Below are positions 54,601-64,000 of a DNA stretch of 64,000 nt, in pieces. Origin of the DNA: Bugula neritina (taxonomy: Eukaryota > Animalia > Bryozoa); the NCBI GenBank assembly GCA_964035545.1, contig OZ037765.1, positions 15,014,698 to 15,078,697 of the forward strand. The letters are read 5' to 3'. A program made the translations under genes and the position numbers. Within the stretch, counting starts at the first letter, position 1. Each line of letters starts with the position of its first letter. A model generated the notes under the pieces. The model saw only the letters and a list, made by a program, of their open reading frames with translations. It did not search any database and was not told where the DNA came from.

Positions 54601-57600
54601 TTACACTGCAACAAACTGCAACATACTGAAATACGCTGTAACATATTGAAATACGCTCCAACACATTGAACGAAACTGCAACATACCTAAATATACGACA
54701 ATATACTGAAATACACTGCAACATGCTGAAATACACTGTAACCTACTGAAATACACTGCAACATACTACAACATACTGAAATACACTGTGACATACTGAG
54801 ATACACTGCAACATACTGCAACATACTGAAATACACTGTAACAGACTGAAATGTACTGTAACACACTAAAATATACTGCAACATGCTGAAATACACTGTA
54901 ACATACTGAAATATACTGCAACATACTGCAACATACCGAATTACACTGTAACAAACTGAAATACACTCCAACATACTACAACATACTGAAATACACTGTA
55001 ACATATTGAAATACATCGCAACACATTGAAATATACTGCAACACACTGAAATATACTGTAACACACTGTAATATACTGCAACATACTGCAACATACTGAC
55101 ATACACTGGAACATACTGAAATACACTCCAACATACTACAACATACTGAAATACACTGTAACCTACTGAAATATGCTGTAGCACACTGAAATATACTGCA
55201 ACATACTGAAATATAATGAAAGTTACTACAACATACTGAAATACACTGTGAGATACTGAGATACACTGCAACACCTTGAAATATACTGCAACACACTGAA
55301 AGATACGGCAACATACTGAAATATACTCCGACACATTGAAATATAGTGCAGCATACTGAAATATGCTGTAGCATACTGAAATATACTGTAACACACTGAA
55401 ATATACTGCAACATACTGAAATACATTGTGACATACTGAAATATACTGCAACATACTGAAATACACTGTAACATACTGAAATATACTGCAACATACTGCA
55501 ACATACTGAAATACACTGTAACATACTGAAATACACTGCAACATACTGCAACATACTGAAATACACTGGAAGAAATTGAAACACACTACAACACATTGAA
55601 ATATACTGCAACACACTGAAACATACAGCAACATACTGAAATATACTGCGACACATTGAAATATACTGCAACATAGTTAAATATAATGCAAGATACTGCA
55701 ACATTCTGAAATACACTGTGACATACTGAAATACACTGCAACATACTTCAACATACTGCAACTTACTGCAACATACTGAAATACACTGTAACATATTGAA
55801 GTGCACTGCAACACATTGAAATATACTGCAACACACTGAAACATACGGCAACATACTGAAATATACTGCAACACATTGAAATATACTGCAACATACTGAA
55901 ATATGCTGTAGTATACTGAAACACACTGCAACACAGTGAAGTATACTGTAAAATACAGAAATATACTGTAACATACTGAAACATATGTCAACATACTGAA
56001 ATACACTGTAACAAACCCAATTATATTGCAACAAACTGCAACATACTGAAATACGCTGTAACATATTGAAATACGCTCCAACACATTGAAAGAAACTGCA
56101 ATATACCTAAATATACGATAATATACTGAAAGATACTGTACCACATTGAAAAACATTGCAACATACTGAAACATGCTGTAGCACATTAAAATACACTGTA
56201 AGATACTGAAACACACTGCAACATGCTGAAATACACTGTAACCTACTGAAATACACTGCAACATACTACAACATACTGAAATACACTGTAACATTATGAA
56301 TTACACTGCAACACATTGAAAAATACTGCAACATACCGAAATATATGGCAAACTACTGAAATATACTTTAACAGATTGAAAAAAACTGCATCATACTGAA
56401 ATATACTGTAACACACTGAAATATACTGCAACATACTGAAATATGCTGTAGTATACCGAAACACACTGCAACACAGTGAAGTATACTGTAAAATACAGAA
56501 ATATACTGTAACATACTGAAACATATGTCAACATACTGAAATGTACTGCAACATGCTGAAATATATTGCAACATACTGAAATACACTGTAACAAACCCAA
56601 TTACACTGCAACAAACTGCAACATACTGAAATACGCTGTAACATATTGAAATACGCTCCAACACATTGAACGAAACTGCAACATACCTAAATATACGACA
56701 ATATACTGAAAGATACTGTACCACATTGAAAAACATTACAACATACTGAAACATGCTGTAGCACATTAAAATACACTGTAAGATACTGAAATACACTGCA
56801 ACATGCTGAAATACACTGTAACCTACTGAAATACACTGCAACATACTACAACATACTGAAATACACTGTGACATACTGAGATACACTGCAACATACTGCA
56901 ACATACTGAAATATACTGTAACAGACTGAAATGTACTGTAACACACTAAAATATACTGCAACATGCTGAAATACACTGTAACATACTGAAATATACTGCA
57001 ACATACTGCAACATACCGAATTACACTGTAACAAACTGAAATACACTCCAACATACTACAACATACTGAAATACACTGTAACATATTGAAATACATCGCA
57101 ACACAGTGAAATATACTGCAACACACTGAAATATACTGTAACACACTGTAATATACTGCAACATACTGCAACATACTGACATACACTGGAACATACTGAA
57201 ATACACTCCAACATACTACAACATACTGAAATACACTGTAACCTACTGAAATATGCTGTAGCACACTGAAATATACTGCAACATACTGAAATATAATGAA
57301 AGTTACTACAACATACTGAAATTCACTGTGAGATACTGAGATACACTGCAACACCTTGAAATATACTGCAACACACTGAAAGATACGGCAACATACTGAA
57401 ATATACTGCGACACATTGAAATATAGTGCAGCATATTGAAATATGCTGTAGCATACTGAAATATACTGTAACACACTGAAATATACTGCAACATACTGAA
57501 ACCATTGTAACATACTGAAATATACTGCAACATACTGAAATACACTGTAACATACTGAAATATACTGCAACATACTGCAACATACTGAAATACACTGTAA

Positions 57601-58599
57601 CATACTGAAATACACTGCAACATACTGCAACATACTGAAATACACTGGAAGAAATTGAAACACACTACAACACATTGAAATATACTGCAACACACTGAAA
57701 CATACAGCAATATACTGAAATATACTGCGACACATTGAAATATACTGCAACATAGTTAAATATAATGCAAGATACTGCAACATTCTGAAATACACTGTGA
57801 CATACTGAAATACACTGCAACATACTTCAACATACTGCAACATACTGCAACATACTGAAATACACTGTAACATATTGAAGTGCACAGCAACACATTGAAA
57901 TATACTGCAACACACTGAAACATACGGCAACATACTGAAATATACTGCAACACATTGAAATATACTGCAACATACTGAAATATGCTGTAGTATACTGAAA
58001 CACACTGCAACACAGTGAAGTATACTGTAAAATACAGAAATATACTGTAACATACTGAAACATATGTCAACATACTGAAATACACTGTAACAAACCCAAT
58101 TACATTGCAACAAACTGCAACATACTGAAATACGCTGTAACATATTGAAATACGCTCCAACACATTGAAAGAAACTGCAATATACCTAAATATACGATAA
58201 TATACTGAAAGATACTGTACCACATTGAAAAACATTGCAACATACTGAAACATGCTGTAGCACATTAAAATACACTGTAAGATACTGAAACACACTGCAA
58301 CATGCTGAAATACACTGTAACCTCCTGAAATACACTGCAACATACTACAACATACTGAAATACACTGTAACATTATGAATTACACTGCAACACATTGAAA
58401 AATACTGCAACATACCGAAATATATGGCAAACTACTGAAATATACTTTAACAGATTGAAAAAAACTGCATCATACTGAAATATACTGTAACACACTGAAA
58501 TATACTGCAAAACACTGAAATACACTGTAACATACTGAAATACGCTGTAACATACTGAAATATACTGCAACACACTGAAATGCGCTTTAACATACTGAT

Positions 58600-61500
58600 A
58601 TACACTGCAACATACTGCAACATACTGAAATACATTGAAACATATTGAAACACACTACAATACATTAAAATATACTGCAACACACTGAAACATACGGCAA
58701 CATACTGAAATATACTGCAAAACATTGAAATATACTGCTACATACTGAAACATGCTGTAGCATACTGAAATACACTGCAACACACTGAAGTATACTGTAA
58801 TATACAGAAATGTTCTGTAACATACTGAAAGGTACGTCAACATACTGAAATGGACTCCAACGTGCTGAACTATACTGTAACATACTGAAATACACTGTAA
58901 TATACTGAATTAAACTGCAACATACTGCAACATACAGAAATAAGCTGTAACATATTGAAATACACCACAACATATTGTAATATACTGCAACATACTGAAC
59001 CATACGGCAACATACTGAAATATACTGCAACACATTGAATCATACTGCAACATAGTCAAATATAATGCAAGATACTGTAACGTTCTGAAAAACACTGTGA
59101 CATACTGAAATACACTGCATCATACTGCAACATACTGCAACATACTGCAACATACTGAAATACACTGCAACACATTGAAGTAAACCGCAACATACTTAAA
59201 TGTACGGTAACATACTGAAATATACTGTAACTCATTGAAAAACAATGCAACATACTGAAACATACTGAAATATGCTGTAGCACACTGAAATACACCGCAG
59301 TTCAATAACAAATAGTGTAATATACGGAAATGTACCGTAACATACTGAAATATACTGTAACAGACTGAAATGTACTGTAACAAACTGAAATATACTGCAA
59401 CATGCTGAAATACACTGTAACATAATGAAATATACTGCAACATACTGCAACATACCGAATTACACTGTAACAAACTGAAATACACTCCAACATACTACAA
59501 CATACTGAAATACACTGTAACATATTGAAATACACCGCAACACATTGAAATATACTGCAACATACCGAAATATATGGTAAACTACTGAACTATACTGTAA
59601 CACATTGAAACTTACCGCAAAATACTAAAATACACTGCAACGCACTGAAGTATACTGTAATATATAGAAATGTACTGTAAAATACTTAAACATACGAAAA
59701 CATACCAAAAAACATACTGCAACATACTGAATTACACTGCAATATCCTGAAATATACTTCAACATACTGAAACATACCTAAAAACATTGAAATATACTGA
59801 AATACAGTGTAGGATATTGAAATACACTGCAACAATTTGGAATATACAGCAACATACCGAAATATATGGTAACCTACTGAAATATGTTGCAAACTACTGA
59901 AATATACTGCAACATACTGCAACATAATGAAATATACTATAACACATTGGAATAAACTGCAAAATACTGAAATATACTGTAACATACTGAAACATACTGC
60001 AACATACCGAAATATACTGTAACATACTGAAATATACTGCAAGATACTGCAATATACTGAAATACACTGTAACATACTGAAATACACTGCAACATACTGC
60101 AACATACTGGCATACACTGGAACATACTGAAATACACTGCAACATACTACAACATACTGAAATACACTGTAACCTACTGAAATATGCTGTAGCACACTGA
60201 AATATACTGCAACATACTGAAATATAATGCAAGTTACTACAACATACTGAAATACACTGTGACATACTGAAATACACTGCAACATACTGCAAGAAACTGC
60301 AACATACTGAAATACACTGTAACATATTGAAATACACTGCAAAACCTTGAAATATACTGCAACACACTGAAGGATACGGCAACGTACTGAAATGTACTGT
60401 GACACATTTAAATGTACTGCAACATACTGAAATATGCTGTAGCATACTGAAATATACTGTAACACACTGTAATATACTGCAACATACTGCAACATACTGA
60501 CATATACTGGAACATACTGAAATAAACTCCAACATACTACAACATACTGAAATACACTGTAACCTACTGAAATATGCTGTAGCACACTGAAATATACTGC
60601 AACATACTGAAATATAATGCAAGTAACTACAACATACTGAAATACACTGTGACATACTGAGATACACTGCAACATACTGCAACATACTGAAATACACTGT
60701 AACAGACTGAAATGTACTGTAACACACTGAAATATACTGCAACATGCTGAAATACACTGTAACATACTGAAATATACTGCAACATACTGCAACATACCGA
60801 ATTACACTGTAACAAACTGAAATACACTCCAACATACTACAACATACTGAAATACACTGCAACACATTGAAGTAAACCGCAACATACTTAAATATACGGT
60901 AACATACTGAAATATACTGTAACTCATTGAAAAACATTGCAACATACTGAAACATACTGAAATATGCTGTAGCACACTGAAATACACCGCAATTCAATAA
61001 AAAATAGTGTAATATACGGAAATGTACCGTAACATACTGAAATATACTGTAACAGACTGAAATGTACTGTAACAAACTGAAATATACTGCAACATGCTGA
61101 AATACACTGTAACATAATGAAATATACTGCAACATACTGCAACATACCGAATTACACTGTAACAAACTGAAATACACTCCAACATACTACAACATACTGA
61201 AATACACTGTAACATATTGAAATACACCGCAACACATTGAAATATACTGCAACATACCGAAATATATGGTAAACTACTGAATTATACTGTAACACATTGA
61301 AACTTACCGCAAAATACTAAAATACACTGCAACACACTGAAGTATACTGTAATATATAGAAATGTACTGTAAAATACTTAAACATACGACAACATACCAA
61401 AAAACATACTGCAACATACTGAATTACACTGCAATATCCTGAAATATACTTCAACATACTGAAACATACCTAAAAACATTGAAATATACTGAAATACAGT

Positions 61501-62600
61501 GTAGGATATTGAAATACACTGCAACAATTTGGAATATACAGCAACATACCGAAATATATGGTAACCTACTGAAATATGTTGCAAACTACTGAAATATACT
61601 GCAACATACTGCAACATAATGAAATATACTATAACACATTGGAATAAACTGCAAAATACTGAAATATACTGTAACATACTGAAACATACTGCAACATACC
61701 GAAATATACTGTAACATACTGAAATATACTGCAAGATACTGCAATATACTGAAATACACTGTAACATACTGAAATACACTGCAACATACTGCAACATACT
61801 GACATACACTGGAACATACTGAAATACACTGCAACATGCTACAACATACTGAAATACACTGTAACCTACTGAAATATGCTGCAGCACACTGAAATATACT
61901 GCAACATACTGAAATATAATGCAAGTTACTACAACATACTGAAATACACTGTGACATACTGAAATACACTGCAACATACTGCAAGAAACTGCAACATACT
62001 GAAATACACTGTAACATATTGAAATACACTGCAAAACCTTGAAATATACTGCAACACACTGAAGGATACGGCAACATACTGAAATATACTGTGACACATT
62101 AAAATGTACTGCAACATACTGAAATATGCTGTAGCATACTGAAATATACTGTAACACACTGTAATATACTGCAACATACTGCAACATACTGACATATACT
62201 GGAACATACTGAAATAAACTCCAACATACTACAACATACTGAAATACACTGTAACCTACTGAAATATGCTGTAGCACACTGAAATATACTGCAACATACT
62301 GAAATATAATGCAAGTAACTACAACATACTGAAATACACTGTGACATACTGAGATACACTGCAACATACTGCAACATACTGAAATACACTGTAACAGACT
62401 GAAATGTACTGTAACACACTGAAATATACTGCAACATGCTGAAATACACTGTAACATACTGAAATATACTGCAACATACTGCAACATACCGAATTACACC
62501 GTAACAAACTGAAATACACTCCAACATACTACAACATACTGAAATACACTGTAACATATTGAAATACATCGCAACACATTGAAATATACTGCAACACACT
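58600..62600. repeat. Dispersed extra copy of the 4.2-kb higher-order unit
   Basis: The landmark series is the same as in the main block (58655 corresponds to 21082; 59686 and 61378 are 1692 bp apart), with several private substitutions. Confidence 0.85.
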
Positions 62601-64000
62601 GAAATATACTGTAACACACTGTAATATACTGCAACATACTGCAACATACTGACATACACTGGAACATACTGAAATACACTCCAACATACTACAACATACT
62701 GAAATACACTGTAACCTACTGAAATATGCTGTAGCACACTGAAATATACTGCAACATACTGAAATATAATGAAAGTTACTACAACATACTGAAATACACT
62801 GTGAGATACTGAGATACACTGCAACACCTTGAAATATACTGCAACACACTGAAAGATACGGCAACATACTGAAATATACTGCGACACATTGAAATATAGT
62901 GCAGCATACTGAAATATGCTGTAGCATACTGAAATATACTGTAACACACTGAAATATACTGCAACATACTGAAATACATTGTAACATACTGAAATATACT
63001 GCAACATACTGAAATACACTGTAACATACTGAAATATACTGCAACATACTGCAACATACTGAAATACACTGTAACATACTGAAATACACTGCAACATACT
63101 GCAACATACTGAAATACACTGGAAGAAATTGAAACACACTACAACACATTGAAATATACTGCAACACACTGAAACATACAGCAACATGCTGAAATATACT
63201 GCGACACATTGAAATATACTGCAACATAGTTAAATATAATGCAAGATACTGCAACATTCTGAAATACACTGTGACCTACTGAAATACACTGCAACATACT
63301 TCAACATACTGCAACATACTGCAACATACTGAAATACACTGTAACATATTGAAGTGCACTGCAACACACTGAAACATACGGCAACATACTGAAATATACT
63401 GCAACTCACTATAATATAGTGTAATATACAGAAATGTACTGTAACATACTGAAATACACTGTAACATACTGAAATATACTGCAACATACTGAAGTACACT
63501 GCAACATACTGCAACATACTGAAATACACTGTAACATATTGAAATACACTACAACACATTGAAATATACTGCAACACACTGAAGGATACGGCAACATACT
63601 GAAATATACTGCGACACATTGAAATATACTGCAACATACTGAAATTTGCTGTAGCATACTGAAATATACTGTAACACACTGTAAAATACTGCAACATACT
63701 GACATACACTGGAACATACTGAAATACACTGCAACATACTACAACATACTGAAATACACTGTAACCTACTGAAATACGCTGTAGCACACTGAAATATACT
63801 GCAACATACTGAAATATAATGCAAGTTACTACAACATACTGAAATACACTGTGACATACTGAGATACACTGCAACATACTGCAACATACTGTAACATACT
63901 GAAATACACTGTAACCTACTGAAACACACTGCAACATACTACAACATACCGAAGTACACTGTAACATCATGAATTACACTGCAACACATTGAAAAATACT

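Larger units (their letters stand above)
18544..64000. repeat. Same 10-bp satellite array, right of the retroelement, running off the window end
   Basis: Same monomers and same orientation as the left array. I saw no inversion or second insertion. Confidence 0.99.

Noticed and set aside
62-63970. Hundreds of minus-strand ORFs (up to 591 aa) of the MLQYVAVCCSVFQ type
   Set aside because: The minus-strand decamers (ATGTTGCAGT, RTATTTCAGT) contain ATG and almost no stop codons. ORFs therefore open in all three overlapping frames with the same peptide and no domain content. These are satellite artefacts.
1-64000. CRISPR array or telomeric repeat interpretation of the array
   Set aside because: There is no repeat-unique spacer alternation and no cas gene. 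The monomers are degenerate 10-mers without a telomere-type G-run.

Overview
About 90% of the window is one AT-rich, strand-asymmetric 10-bp satellite (ACTGCAACAT / ACTGAAATAY monomers, + strand). It has nested higher-order structure: a 1692-bp subunit, six near-identical 4.2-kb units at ~20.9-46.3 kb, an ~8.4-kb dimer duplication, and local 520/1600/2080/2320-bp duplications. The only non-satellite DNA is a ~6.1-kb BEL/Pao-type LTR retroelement on the minus strand (12407-18543), which suggests a metazoan host. The element looks very young: its LTRs are identical by eye and it has one uninterrupted 1674-aa ORF. That ORF encodes Gag, zinc knuckles, protease, a truncated RNase H and an intact integrase, but no reverse transcriptase. 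The element also lacks a canonical tRNA primer-binding site and a polypurine tract; both positions fall in predicted hairpins. There is no visible target-site duplication, and removing the element restores the satellite exactly. The hundreds of Cys/Tyr/Val/Ser/Gln/Phe-rich minus-strand ORFs are artefacts of the satellite. All alignments and foldings here were done by eye.
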